Positions 50,863-61,530 of a DNA stretch of 64,000 nt are shown here, one piece after another. The stretch spans positions 3,968,001 through 4,032,000 of the forward strand of contig OY759316.1 in the NCBI GenBank assembly GCA_963662275.1, read 5' to 3'. The position numbers and the translations under genes are program-made. The notes beneath the pieces were generated by a model that was given only the letters and a program-made list of their open reading frames with translations, was not told the DNA's origin and ran no database searches. Each line of letters starts with the position of its first letter. The first letter of the stretch is position 1. The stretch is from Candidatus Cloacimonadales bacterium. GTDB taxonomy: Bacteria > Cloacimonadota > Cloacimonadia > Cloacimonadales > DAONDQ01.

Positions 50863-51444
50863 TTAGATTGAATCTGACTTGTATTTTCTTAAATAGTCTA
50901 TTACTCTTTGTAAGAACATGTCATCATCTTTAAATCTACCTAATCCGGTATTACAACTATCGCAAATCCACTCTCTGCCTTTTCCCGTGTCATGATCATG
51001 ATCTCTAACCAGGTTTGCAGTTACTCCTACTATAGTGGTTTTCAGACAAATAGGACATTCAAAGACACTTCTAACTTCAGGTTTTAGTTTATCCATTCTT
51101 TTTTTTTCACTTGCAAGTAAATTAGCACCATCAATGTTTTTTCTACAATCCTTACAACTTGGACGTGTAGTTTTGCGGCCTTTTGCATCTGTTTGGTTAA
51201 CATCGAATTCATCTGTGGGTTTTAAAACATGGCAAATATTACAAATTTTAACACTATATCCCTTACCAGTTTGATCTGTATTAATTGGATTAAGTTTTTT
51301 AAGTTCAACTCTCATGATTTTGTTTAATCCAACAAATAAAACCATAGCACATTTGCCATTTAATGCTTTAATAATCCCGACTGAATTTACGACCAAATCA
51401 TCTAACGGAATATTATTAATTACTATATCTTTGATTTTTATCAT
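50863..51444 (-). CDS. Hpy99I-like type II restriction endonuclease (HNH/endonuclease VII fold)
   Basis: KICNICH..NQTDAKGRKTTRPSC..C, CPIC, DHDHDTG.GREWICDSCNTGLGRF. Closely resembles R.Hpy99I as I recall it. Confidence 0.85.
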   Translation of the reverse strand: MIKIKDIVINNIPLDDLVVNSVGIIKALNGKCAMVLFVGLNKIMRVELKKLNPINTDQTGKGYSVKICNICHVLKPTDEFDVNQTDAKGRKTTRPSCKDCRKNIDGANLLASEKKRMDKLKPEVRSVFECPICLKTTIVGVTANLVRDHDHDTGKGREWICDSCNTGLGRFKDDDMFLQRVIDYLRKYKSDSI

Positions 51445-52232
51445 TTAAACAAGCCTAACGCATCTTCTAATCTTTCTTTTGCAATGTTAATATATTCATC
51501 ACTAATATCAACACCGATAAAATTTCTATTGTATAATGCAGCCATTTTGCAGGTTGTGCCAGACCCACACATAGGATCAAACACAATATCTCCTTCATTG
51601 CTCCAAGATAAAATGTGGTCTCGTGCTAAGTTCTCTGGAAATATAGCCGGATGTTTAAAAGCTATTTTATCATTAGTACTACCACCTAGACCTACGGCAT
51701 AAGACCATATATTGCTTAGAGTTTTTTCTGGTTTGAGTTCTTTTAAAATCTTCTTGTTTATCCCGTCAGCTTTTTTGTTATGAACCAGCATTTCCATCCC
51801 ACACCTTACAGTTGGTGCTTTCAAAGGATTGAACGTTTTTGGATTTCCTTTTGAGAGAATAAACATAAATTCATATCCGTTTGTATAAGCATTTGACCGC
51901 ATAAAAGGAGTGTTTTTCTTTGCATAAATCATTACATCGTGAACATTAAATCCAATCTTTTGAAAGTATATACATTGTTTAAAACTAGTTAGTGACTTAT
52001 TGCCATTCTTTATCTTGTCTCCGATTACCCAAACAACTATACCTCCTTTTTTTGTTACATTGAAAAGTCCATCTGCTATCTTTTCGAACTCAAAAACATA
52101 CCCATCATAATCTCTCAAATCATCATAGGGAGGAGAAGTAACAGTAAGATCTATGCTATTCTCCTCCAAATTATTTCTCATAAATTCTACAGAATTAGCT
52201 ACATGAAATCTGTTAATTATGTCTTCTTTCAT
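51441..52232 (-). CDS. beta-class amino-methyltransferase (probably m4C), cognate of the REase
   Basis: TSPPY precedes DPMCGSGTT; HPAIFP. ATGA overlap with the REase. Confidence 0.9.
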   Translation of the reverse strand: MKEDIINRFHVANSVEFMRNNLEENSIDLTVTSPPYDDLRDYDGYVFEFEKIADGLFNVTKKGGIVVWVIGDKIKNGNKSLTSFKQCIYFQKIGFNVHDVMIYAKKNTPFMRSNAYTNGYEFMFILSKGNPKTFNPLKAPTVRCGMEMLVHNKKADGINKKILKELKPEKTLSNIWSYAVGLGGSTNDKIAFKHPAIFPENLARDHILSWSNEGDIVFDPMCGSGTTCKMAALYNRNFIGVDISDEYINIAKERLEDALGLFK

Positions 52233-52515
52233 TTGTTAGTTCCCATTTTAAATTTATCGCCTCATGTTGTTTTTACAATCACAGATTCATGATTGGAAAA
52301 CTCAATCTTGCCTGGCAAATATTATTCAAATAATGAAGTTCTCCTTATTTCTGTCAAGCTTAATCCAATGAATCGCACTCCACTCATTTTGTATTCAGCT
52401 ATCCCTGGCAGGTTGCTCTCCAGCAGAGCCTGCTTACGTTTCACTGAACGGGATAATCTTTGTTTATTGCATTTCAAAGTCAACCCATTTTGTGTTACAT
52501 GATGCTATTTATTAT

Positions 52516-52583
52516 GAGGCTCTTAGTTCCGAATTAGGTGGCTCTGTTGGAGCGTACACTATGCTCTCGCTTCTAAATATACA
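52516..52583 (-). mobile_element. IS21-like terminal remnant (direct copy relative to 50581-50652)
   Basis: gtggctctgttggagcgtacactat vs gtggctttgttggagcgtacgctat; cgaattaggtggctct is the reverse complement of 11256-11271. Ends in aaatataCA. Confidence 0.55.
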
Positions 52584-52594
52584 CTAGTCATCAA

Positions 52595-55500
52595 TTATAA
52601 TATATCTTTCTTAACCTTCCCAAATGACTCAAGTTCAATAAATTTCGATTTGAATAAATCATCTGGCATTTTCTTCTTCAATAAATTATGGAAATTCTCG
52701 TCATGAGTAGAAAGAATAATTTGTTTCTGCTCATTAACAACAATTCCCCTTAACAAATCTATGGTTGATAATACATTGATGCTGTCCATTGACTGGATAG
52801 GATCATCTATAAATATACAGTCATACTCTTTGGAATTAAGGGCAGATGCCAAAAAAATACTAAGACTTAATATATTGATTTGTGCCGTACTGAAATACAG
52901 ATTCGGACTTATCAGTTCTTCGTCGTCATTAAGCCCTTTTTTAACAAAAATATTTAATTTTGGATTATCAGAATCAGTATCAAAATTCGCACTGAATTTT
53001 ACTGATTTGAATTCTGGATGAGGGTCAATTTTATTATAAATCTTATTAATAAGATCCTCATAAAAGAAATCCTTGATTTTGTTATCTAAATATTTTTTAA
53101 TTTTTTCTCTTTCATGTGATATTAAGCTTGTAACTTCTCTTTCAAGCAATTTTAGATCTGTCATATTCTCTTGTATTTTATTCTTTGCTTTCTCAGATTG
53201 GAGGTATGGAATCAAATTTATACTATATTGTTCCAACTTCTGAAACGACTGTAACATTCCTTTAGTAGTCTCAATTTTAGATTGAATTGTCTTTTGATAC
53301 GCATTTATGGATTGTAAAAGAATTTCTTTCTCTTGATCTTCAAATTGAATTCCAAGCTTTGTATCAAGAAAATGGACAAATGTAGAAATTTTCTTTGCAA
53401 AAATCTCTATGGTTTCTTTTTGATTATCTAATTGTTTTTTCAGGTCATCTTTTACAAATTCTCCAAGTTCTTTTCCAATCTTTTCCACTTCCAATTTGAG
53501 TTCAGTTATCTCCAGAGAGTATTTTTCAAATTTGGCTTTAACCTCAGCGTGTCGAGAAGTCAAATTTCCTTCAGCTATTGGTTCAAAAGGAAAATTATTA
53601 CTGAACCAGTCATATACTAAAAAGTATCTGTTATCAGTCTTTAATAATTGTATTTCTTTTTGTGTGATCTCAATAATCGGATCTATATTTTGGATATTTT
53701 CTGTTTTTTTTCTTATTGCTTCTTGGCACATGGTTAATTGTTCTCTACTTTCGATGTATGAAAGGTCGAAATCTGCTATTTCTTTCTTAATTTTATGAAA
53801 GTACTCCAAACTTGATAATCCTTCCAATTTTGAATTTACGTCATTTAAAGTATTTCCCAATTGAATTATTAAGTCATTTCTTTCTTTAATTTCATTTTGC
53901 AAATTCAATAATTCATTATTTGCATTTTCAAGATCGCCATTTACTTTTTCTAGTTTGGTATTAGCAATTTCTTTTAAAACATTGGTATTTTTCAATAGAT
54001 CTTTAGAATATTGCTTTTCAATAGAACTCAATTTCTCTTTTTCTTCAAGTAGATGTTGAAGCGTCGAACTTAAGGCATCATTATTTACTATCTTATTCGC
54101 TAAGAATTCATAGGTTTCATAGCTTTGTTCACATAAGGGACACTTAGGACTTTGGGTTTTATTAACAAGATCAAGACCGGTTTTGATGAATTCCACAATT
54201 TCAGCGTTTAATTGTCTCTGTTGCGATATCTTTTGCTTAATGCTACTTAAGTCTAATTTAACTTTAGATAGCTTGTCTCTTACTATTTCTATTGTATTTA
54301 CCAATTCTAAAAGTTCTGATTTTGATTCTAACAATTCATTAGCATATATTCCATCATCAATATCCAATATCTGACTTTTCAATATATTCTTTTCTTTCTC
54401 CAGACTCCTAATAAACTTGATTTTATTCTCTTCTGAAAGTTTATTTTTAACCACCATTATCTCAAGAGCACTAATATCTTTTGTTATGCTGTTTAACTTA
54501 TCTTCCAACTCTGGAATAGCATCTTTCTTTTTCTTCAAAGCATTTATTTGCAATAGAGTGCTTTCCAATTTATTCGAACGCTCAAGTTCATCACGTTTTA
54601 AACTATCAAGCTCTGGAATCAAATCTTCTTTTGCTTTCTGTTGATTGGAGATATATGTTGCTTTATTATCTATAATACCTTTAATTATTAAAAATTCTGT
54701 GAAATTATGCATTATCAAATCAATTTCATCAAAATCTTTTTTGATTACTTTTTGTAGTTCAAGTTTTGCATTTAATTCGTTTGCATGCTTTTCCAAGTGG
54801 TCGAATTTTGAAATATTACTTTCATCCTGGACAATAGCTTTCGAAATATTATCGTAATCTTGTAGTATTTGATAAAAGACCTCAATGCCTACTATTTCAT
54901 CATTTCCTATTATTGTAAGAGTAACATCATTTAAAAGCTTAATGAGTTCTTCTTCTTGATTATTTTGAATAATTGCACCAGATACATGATTCCTGAAGCT
55001 AAGTACTTCCACATCACTTGTAGATAGGTTAATCAAACTTAAATTTGTTGAGTAAGTACTATTTAGAAGTGCTATTTGGTGGTTAATGGAATCTAATAAA
55101 TTGCCATCTTCGGTTATTAATTGCTTTTGATTCTCTTCAATAGCTTTCTTTAAATCAATGATACGCTTTTTACAGACTACATCGAGGCTAATCAAATTAA
55201 TATAATAGTTGTTTAATACGAATAGATCATGTTTTTTCATGAATGAATTGTATCTAACATTACCGTTTTCCTCCTTTATTACCGATGCAATCCATTCTTG
55301 AGATAGAATGACATTCCTAAAATCTTCTTTATCAAAAATATTCTTGTCATTTAAATCTACTTTCTTTCTACCATGAACATTAAGTATTCTTTTGATAGGT
55401 TCACCTTGATCAGGAGTGATTTCTACATAAGTTCTTTTACTTACTCCTTTTCTTCTAATTAATTCAACTTGTTGAGATGTCATCTCTCTAAGTGCATTTA

Positions 55501-55717
55501 TATCATCATCTATATTTCTATTTAGCCAAAATCTTTCAATGTTATTAGTAATGCCCCATTCAATGGCATCATAAAACGAAGTTTTACCAAATCCATTTGG
55601 AGCAAAAATTGAAACAAAATCTGCTATTCCATTTGATTTATCAATAAAGTTAAAAGTAGCATCTTTGGGGTTATTGAAGACTCTGAAAGCTGAAATTTCT
55701 ACTTTTTTAAGTTTCAT
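52595..55717 (-). CDS. lmuB: SMC/Rad50-like ABC ATPase of a Lamassu / ABC-three-component system (LmuB)
   Basis: APNGFGKTS Walker A, long coiled coil with CPLC zinc hook, FSTAQ signature, FIDDP Walker B, STHD. Confidence 0.85.
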   Translation of the reverse strand: MKLKKVEISAFRVFNNPKDATFNFIDKSNGIADFVSIFAPNGFGKTSFYDAIEWGITNNIERFWLNRNIDDDINALREMTSQQVELIRRKGVSKRTYVEITPDQGEPIKRILNVHGRKKVDLNDKNIFDKEDFRNVILSQEWIASVIKEENGNVRYNSFMKKHDLFVLNNYYINLISLDVVCKKRIIDLKKAIEENQKQLITEDGNLLDSINHQIALLNSTYSTNLSLINLSTSDVEVLSFRNHVSGAIIQNNQEEELIKLLNDVTLTIIGNDEIVGIEVFYQILQDYDNISKAIVQDESNISKFDHLEKHANELNAKLELQKVIKKDFDEIDLIMHNFTEFLIIKGIIDNKATYISNQQKAKEDLIPELDSLKRDELERSNKLESTLLQINALKKKKDAIPELEDKLNSITKDISALEIMVVKNKLSEENKIKFIRSLEKEKNILKSQILDIDDGIYANELLESKSELLELVNTIEIVRDKLSKVKLDLSSIKQKISQQRQLNAEIVEFIKTGLDLVNKTQSPKCPLCEQSYETYEFLANKIVNNDALSSTLQHLLEEKEKLSSIEKQYSKDLLKNTNVLKEIANTKLEKVNGDLENANNELLNLQNEIKERNDLIIQLGNTLNDVNSKLEGLSSLEYFHKIKKEIADFDLSYIESREQLTMCQEAIRKKTENIQNIDPIIEITQKEIQLLKTDNRYFLVYDWFSNNFPFEPIAEGNLTSRHAEVKAKFEKYSLEITELKLEVEKIGKELGEFVKDDLKKQLDNQKETIEIFAKKISTFVHFLDTKLGIQFEDQEKEILLQSINAYQKTIQSKIETTKGMLQSFQKLEQYSINLIPYLQSEKAKNKIQENMTDLKLLEREVTSLISHEREKIKKYLDNKIKDFFYEDLINKIYNKIDPHPEFKSVKFSANFDTDSDNPKLNIFVKKGLNDDEELISPNLYFSTAQINILSLSIFLASALNSKEYDCIFIDDPIQSMDSINVLSTIDLLRGIVVNEQKQIILSTHDENFHNLLKKKMPDDLFKSKFIELESFGKVKKDIL

Positions 55718-56255
55718 ATTTAACTCCTGATTTTATATCCATCAAAATTTTATCCAGAACAATCGAAGCTTCTTGAGTTATTCTTTCTTTTCGCAGTGTG
55801 ATGCCAGTTAATTTATCTAACAGGAATTGATTAAATTGTAATTTTGTATCTTTATGCTGTTCTTGGTTAATATCATCTTTTAAATTATCGTTAAGAATAT
55901 GTGCCTGTATGATTCCTGCATTTGACATTATACTTTCAATTACTATCTTTCTGCTTGAGAAAGTATCATTTTCTATTTTGTATTTCAAATCAGAGCTGAT
56001 GGTATGACTTAAGATAAAAAAAACATAGAAATTCCATTTTTCGAATTTATCAGATATTTGATTTTGAATATGTAGTGCTACATCATTAGTAATTCTTCTC
56101 CAAGATTCAGATAAAGTGCTTTCTTTATCAACAGTAATTAGAAAAGCATGCATATGACCTTTTTCCATTGTAAGATATTCATAATCAAATCCTACTCCTG
56201 GAAATTCTTTTAAAAAATGAGTACTCAAAATATCATTTATCTTTAAGGCATTCAT
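55707..56255 (-). CDS. lmuC: ABC-3C middle component (LmuC-like)
   Basis: FEKWNFYVFF...LKYKIENDTFSSRKIVIE motif. Lies between the effector and the ATPase. Confidence 0.75.
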   Translation of the reverse strand: MNALKINDILSTHFLKEFPGVGFDYEYLTMEKGHMHAFLITVDKESTLSESWRRITNDVALHIQNQISDKFEKWNFYVFFILSHTISSDLKYKIENDTFSSRKIVIESIMSNAGIIQAHILNDNLKDDINQEQHKDTKLQFNQFLLDKLTGITLRKERITQEASIVLDKILMDIKSGVKYET

Positions 56256-57600
56256 AACTTTCTCCTAGTTTTCTTAAACACTCACTATTATTTGAAATGT
56301 CAAACTCCAAATAATGATCCACAACTATTGCTTCTTTAAATGCTGAGATGTTAATAAATTTGAATTTATCGAAAGGATGTTCAGATGCATTGTTGATATA
56401 TATATCATTTAACTCGTATTCCCTTTTATATTCTTCCAATATATTGCTGGGTATTCCTGATAGGTCTGTATATTTCTCATCTGCTTTGACATTAGAGGAA
56501 ACAATCACAAAACCATCCTCCTCTAACTTTGAAAAATCAATTTTTAATAAATCGTGTAAATGGCTTTGCAGAAAGTCCTTATTACTATCAGAGTATAGCA
56601 ACCAAACTTCTGAAAATAAAGCAGGAAGATCAATTGTATTATATATCTTTTGTCTTGCGATATGAAGAATTGTGAGTAACTCAAACCAACGAACCCAGTA
56701 TATTTTTTTTTGTTGTTCAAGATAATTCTGGTGTGGTAATAGCATATTCTTATTGAATTGTTGAATAGAAATTGGAGTTACATCACTAGCAAGAACATTC
56801 TTTGCTTGTGATTTGATTAACATAATGAGTTTATTTATAATTGGCTCCGCAGAGTGAATCCCTTTATAGATCCCTAAATCCAAGTCAAAAATTAAGCTCT
56901 CCAAATGCGAGAAGGATCTCAAGTATGGCGGATTAATTGTTTCAAGCTCACCGCTGTTATTTGCTACGATCTCGTTAAAAACTTCAATTGGAGTAAATTC
57001 GATTCGTCCAAGTTGCTCATCATCATCACATGCCATTTGGTTTTGAATTCCTGTAAGGAATAATGAATCACCAATTATTTTAAATATTCCACCACCTGAT
57101 GACCCAATTAGTTCTTGTTTATTTTGGTTTTTACTAATATCTGCTTCCCTTCTCTCATTTTCTTTTTTTTGAAGAATTTCTATCCCAACATCATATCTAA
57201 TCCAATCAAGACAAATTTCAGGTTTTAATTTCCTCCTTACTTCAGGAAATCCCACCAGCATATAATTTAAACAATCAACACAATAATTATCATTGATCAA
57301 TAGTTCTTCCATCGTTAAGAGTTTATCTATTTTAAGAATTGCTATATCTACTTCCTTATTGATATGCTTAAAGTAATTTTCACCTTCAATAGGTTGAATC
57401 TCATTTAATTTGGTAAATGCTTGTTTGGTTGAATCAAAATAATAGATTTTAGCCAAATTGTTGTATTTCGAAATATCATTGAAAACATGCTTTGCAGTAA
57501 GAATGTAAGTATGATACTCATCAGAAGGTTGGAAAATTACTCCACTTCCTCCATTAATACAAACAATATGATTTTTGATGTCATCACGAGTCATAATCAA
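56233..57600 (-). CDS. lmuA: trypsin-like serine protease effector with ABC-3C C-terminal domain (LmuA-protease)
   Basis: Catalytic triad in TAKH, DIAIL and GSSGG; GSG near the N-terminus, GFP. Confidence 0.8.
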   Translation of the reverse strand: MIMTRDDIKNHIVCINGGSGVIFQPSDEYHTYILTAKHVFNDISKYNNLAKIYYFDSTKQAFTKLNEIQPIEGENYFKHINKEVDIAILKIDKLLTMEELLINDNYCVDCLNYMLVGFPEVRRKLKPEICLDWIRYDVGIEILQKKENERREADISKNQNKQELIGSSGGGIFKIIGDSLFLTGIQNQMACDDDEQLGRIEFTPIEVFNEIVANNSGELETINPPYLRSFSHLESLIFDLDLGIYKGIHSAEPIINKLIMLIKSQAKNVLASDVTPISIQQFNKNMLLPHQNYLEQQKKIYWVRWFELLTILHIARQKIYNTIDLPALFSEVWLLYSDSNKDFLQSHLHDLLKIDFSKLEEDGFVIVSSNVKADEKYTDLSGIPSNILEEYKREYELNDIYINNASEHPFDKFKFINISAFKEAIVVDHYLEFDISNNSECLRKLGESYECLKDK

Positions 57601-58664
57601 AACTCAAGATCTTTTATAATATCTATAGCTTGAAAATCTGGATAATCTATCCTATCTTGCTCAGAAAAGAAGTTTGCAATTCGATCACCGTAATTAAAAT
57701 ATAATTTGCAATTCTTTTTTACATCAATGAGTCTTGCTAATAGTTGTTTATTAGGATGTTTAGAAGTATCCCCGTTTGTGCTAATTACAAAGCAATCAGA
57801 ATCTATCATTTTCAATAATTCTCTGCTCGTATTTGCTTTACTTCCATGGTGAGATAATTTAACAAGTTCAGCTTTCAAAGGATTTGTTTCAGAAAAACCA
57901 AATTCTTGTAGTCCTTCCACAATTACAGATGGATGTGCATCTCCTAAAAACAAATAATTAATATCTTTGAAGGTTAGAATAAAAGCAATGGAACTTCCAT
58001 TAGCAACTCTATCATCCTCGACAAATTTGTCATTTTTTATATGTTCTTTTAAAGAAATAGAATAGTCATCAACTAAAGAAGCTGTTAACAAATCAGGCTC
58101 TACTTTTTTCCAATCTTTCAATAGCTTCTCAAGCTTGGATTTATTAGGAGATAGAATTCGGAATTTCAATCCAAATTTTTCTATAGTTGAGTTATCTTGT
58201 TTGATAAGTACTTTATCCCAAATCCCTTTTTCGGTTATATAATTACCGAATTCTATTCCTTGTGGGATACTATTTAAGACGGTTGTATTAGGGTTAAGAT
58301 AACAATCCAAATCTTTGTTTGGTTTTAATGAGAGACCTTCAGCAATTAATCTACCTGAATTAAACCAAACTTGTTTTATCTGTTTATAGGCATCTTGATC
58401 TGACTTAAACCATTCAATGATACCACCTATATGATCATCATCAATATGTGTCATTATCAACAAATCAATAGATTGCTTTTTCCCCCTAATTAGGTCTATT
58501 GTGCTTTTTAGATCACCAGCCTCTATTTTGCTTTTTTTATTTTTATATTGATACGTTTTTCCTAAACCACCATCAATCAAGATATTCCGATGATTTTCTT
58601 CATCGTCTATAAACGAAATGAGTATCGCATCTCCATTCGAAGCTTGTAAGAATTTAATGAACAT
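57597..58664 (-). CDS. ComEC-like metallo-beta-lactamase-fold hydrolase (putative pro-nuclease)
   Basis: GD, IDGG, THIDDDH, LGDA, SHHGS, HP. Start at ATG 58664; ATGA overlap with the protease. Confidence 0.85.
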   Translation of the reverse strand: MFIKFLQASNGDAILISFIDDEENHRNILIDGGLGKTYQYKNKKSKIEAGDLKSTIDLIRGKKQSIDLLIMTHIDDDHIGGIIEWFKSDQDAYKQIKQVWFNSGRLIAEGLSLKPNKDLDCYLNPNTTVLNSIPQGIEFGNYITEKGIWDKVLIKQDNSTIEKFGLKFRILSPNKSKLEKLLKDWKKVEPDLLTASLVDDYSISLKEHIKNDKFVEDDRVANGSSIAFILTFKDINYLFLGDAHPSVIVEGLQEFGFSETNPLKAELVKLSHHGSKANTSRELLKMIDSDCFVISTNGDTSKHPNKQLLARLIDVKKNCKLYFNYGDRIANFFSEQDRIDYPDFQAIDIIKDLEF

Positions 58665-58874
58665 AAATCCCCCCAGTATTTTTTTATATATATAATTGAA
58701 CAAGAAATATAATTATATGAGTTAAGCTCTACTTTTTTGTATTTCTAAATTTTCAAAATAAAGTTCTACAATTCAAAAAACTCAACGAGATTCTAATAAT
58801 CACATATGATAGAAAACATTAACAAGAATCTTGTCAAACAATTTATCAACTTTTCGAATATCCGCCATACTCAC

Positions 58875-61109
58875 TTAATTAAATTCAATCTCAGATGGAA
58901 TCAGTGACCTTTCCTTGGAAGTGTTCAGAATGTGATGTGCCAATGGATGAGAGGGACGATACAGATGAGCTTCACCAGACCGGCGTGGCAATTCATACAA
59001 ACCCAATTCAAATTGACAGCCCTGCGGGTTTGATTGCAGATTAAAAGATGAATCATCAGGAAAACTGGCATTATCCCTCAATTCATGTTTTGTAAGCTGA
59101 ATGAGTAATTGTTCATAAAGACCTAAATATTGCTTTGAACCTTCATCACGTACACGCAGTTTTTCACGAACTTCATCATCAAAATTCTCGAACAGCTTTT
59201 GCCTGGTTTGCACAATCGTATCATTGATATCTTCTGATAACTCAGCTTGAAGCTGGTCAAAGGCTTCATTAATTTCTTCAGGAGCACGGCATTTCTGGTA
59301 AATATCAACGATTCTTTTCTCAAAGTCAACACCGGATTCAATAGCACCTAAAACTTCATCACTTGCCCCGAAAACTCCAGCAAAAAGCTTGAACTTCTCT
59401 GAAAGCAAATCATATACCCTTTGATCTGCTTCATTATGATTATTCAGGAAATTCACTACCACAACATCATGCTTCTGACCATACCGATGACAACGACCTA
59501 TTCGCTGTTCAATACGCTGCGGATTCCAGGGCAGGTCATAGTTTACGACAAGAGAACAGAACTGCAGGTTAATACCTTCCGCTCCGGCTTCTGTAGCAAT
59601 CATGATATGCCCTTTTTCACGGAAATAATCAACGATAGCAGAGCGCATATCCGCAGTACGTGAACCGGTGACCTTATCCGTACCTTTATGTTGGGCAATC
59701 CAATCAGTGTAAATCTCTTTAGACTTTGAGTCATTATTCGAACCATTAAAAAGGACAATGCCTTCTGAGAAAGGACTATCAGCCAAAACACGTAAAAGAT
59801 AATCCTGCGTCTTGCGTGACTCTGTGAAGATAATTGCCTTTCTTTCAGAACCAAGCCGTTCAGCCTGCTGAAACGCCTGTTCCAGGGCTACAAGCAGAGC
59901 ACGTCCTTTGGCATTCGCAGTGATAGAAACTGCCAAGTCACGAAGTTTTCTCAAGTCTGCAATTTCATTCTTAATTGCCTGTTCATCAGAAATTGTAAGA
60001 ATTTCATTATCCTGGTCATTCGTCCATTCATCAGCTTGTTCAGAAAGGATTTCGTAATCTTCACCAATCGTTTCTTCAAGCTCTGATTTCTCAGAATCAT
60101 TTTTATGAAGTTTATCTGTTAATCTTTTAATGATAGTCTCTAAAGCTCCGGCAATAGCAAATGATGACGATGCCAATAGCTTACGGAGAACAAGAGTCAT
60201 AAGAGATCGTTGTCCAACCGGCAGAGCCTGGATATTATCCCTGCGCAGATAATCTGATACGAGGTTATAGAGCCTGTCTTCGCTTTCTTCAGGAGTATAA
60301 GTCTGTAACATGGGGAAGCGTTTTGTGTAACGAATATACGGCTCCACCTGGTGACGCAGGGTACGATGGCAATACGGCTTGATACGAGCTTTGAGGTTAT
60401 TGAAAATACGTGTATCGGCTATGGTGGAATACTGTTCACGAAAGCTTTTCACATCACCAAAAGCATGATCATCCAGAAAACTGATCAAACCATAAAGCTC
60501 TAACAGGGAATTCTGTAATGGTGTAGCAGTGAGAAGCAGCTTGTGGAAACTGCCAAGAGTATTCTTTAGCGTATTGGCAATTACATTTGTAGGTTTATAT
60601 ACATTACGCAGCCGATGAGCTTCATCAATGACCACCAAATCCCAGGGAATGCTGATCAGATCAAATGCCTTTGCTTTTGCGAACTGGTAAGAACAAATGA
60701 CAATATGCTTTTGTTCGAATGGGTGTTTATGCCCTTTCTTCAGGAGATTGTTATAAGCCTTGGATTCCAGAATGACTGATTCGAGAAAGAACTTGTCAGA
60801 CAATTCCTGGTACCATTGCTTTCTTAGATTAGCAGGTGTAATGATCAGTATTTTATGTTTTCGCTCTGCCCACTTCTGCGCTATCACCAATCCGGCTTCA
60901 ATGGTTTTACCGAGACCTACTTCATCAGCAAGTATGGCACCTTTAGATAAAGGGGATTGGAAAGCAAAGAGGGCTGCATCAATTTGATGTGGGTTTAAAT
61001 CAATTTGGGCATCGACAAGAGTACCGGCAAGCTTTTCCAAGCTATCAGAAGAACAGCGTTTTGTCAGTTCGTAAGCGATGTATTTAGAATGAAATGGAGT
61101 GAAACTCAT
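58875..61109 (-). pseudogene. SNF2-family helicase, apparently 3'-truncated
   Basis: ADEVGLGKT, DEAH, LTATP, GAEGINLQ, EQRIGRCHRYGQ. Ends abruptly at EIEFN*; the shifted frame reads LSEYGG and stops a few codons later. Whether it is truncated is inferred. Confidence 0.7.
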
Positions 61110-61252
61110 TGAGCTACTCCATTTCTACAGACATAAAAAAAGAAATTATTAATGGGCATGAATGCATCTCCCAAACATTATTAATCACTATTGAATATTA
61201 ATATGAAAATTCAAATGATAGGGAAAATTGTCAAACATTAAAAAGAATATAT

Positions 61253-61421
61253 GAGCGGTAGCAACAACTTCAGTCGTTGGATGAACTGCCGTAGTTCGCG
61301 ACCTCCGGGCGTGATATATGGCTGCCGGGACGTCAGCCCCTACTGTTAGATTTTTCCCATTGAAATGGGTTTGGTTTGATGAATCAAACCGGTACAACGA
61401 ATAAATTCGTTGCTACCGCTC
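61253..61421. repeat. nested GTAG-type REP inverted pairs
   Basis: Outer gagcggtagcaac..cgttg / caacg..gttgctaccgctc; inner gtagttcgcgacctcc / gggacgtcagcccctac. Confidence 0.7.
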
Positions 61422-61424
61422 TTC

Positions 61425-61530
61425 TGACTTCGAACCTCGCACTTCGCACTTTCTTTTTGTGGTAGGTTTCATCTAAGGATCATCTAGGCTTTATCTAGGG
61501 ATCATCTAGACTTTCTTAGATTTTCTTAGG
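61425..61530 (-). repeat. inverted copy of the 263-370 repeat
   Basis: Reverse complement reads tctagatgatccctagataaagcctagatgatccttagatgaaacc..caaaaagaaagtgcgaagtgcgaggttcgaagtc. Confidence 0.85.

Noticed and set aside
52293..52502. ORF here, or a reverse-strand relic of the missing Mod / SNF2 C-terminus
   Set aside because: None of the frames I translated matched expected Mod or helicase tail sequences.
45700..61530. Integron cassette array, prophage or ICE explaining the defence cassettes
   Set aside because: No integrase, attC (RYYYAAC..GTTRRRY) pattern, phage structural genes or conjugation genes were found.
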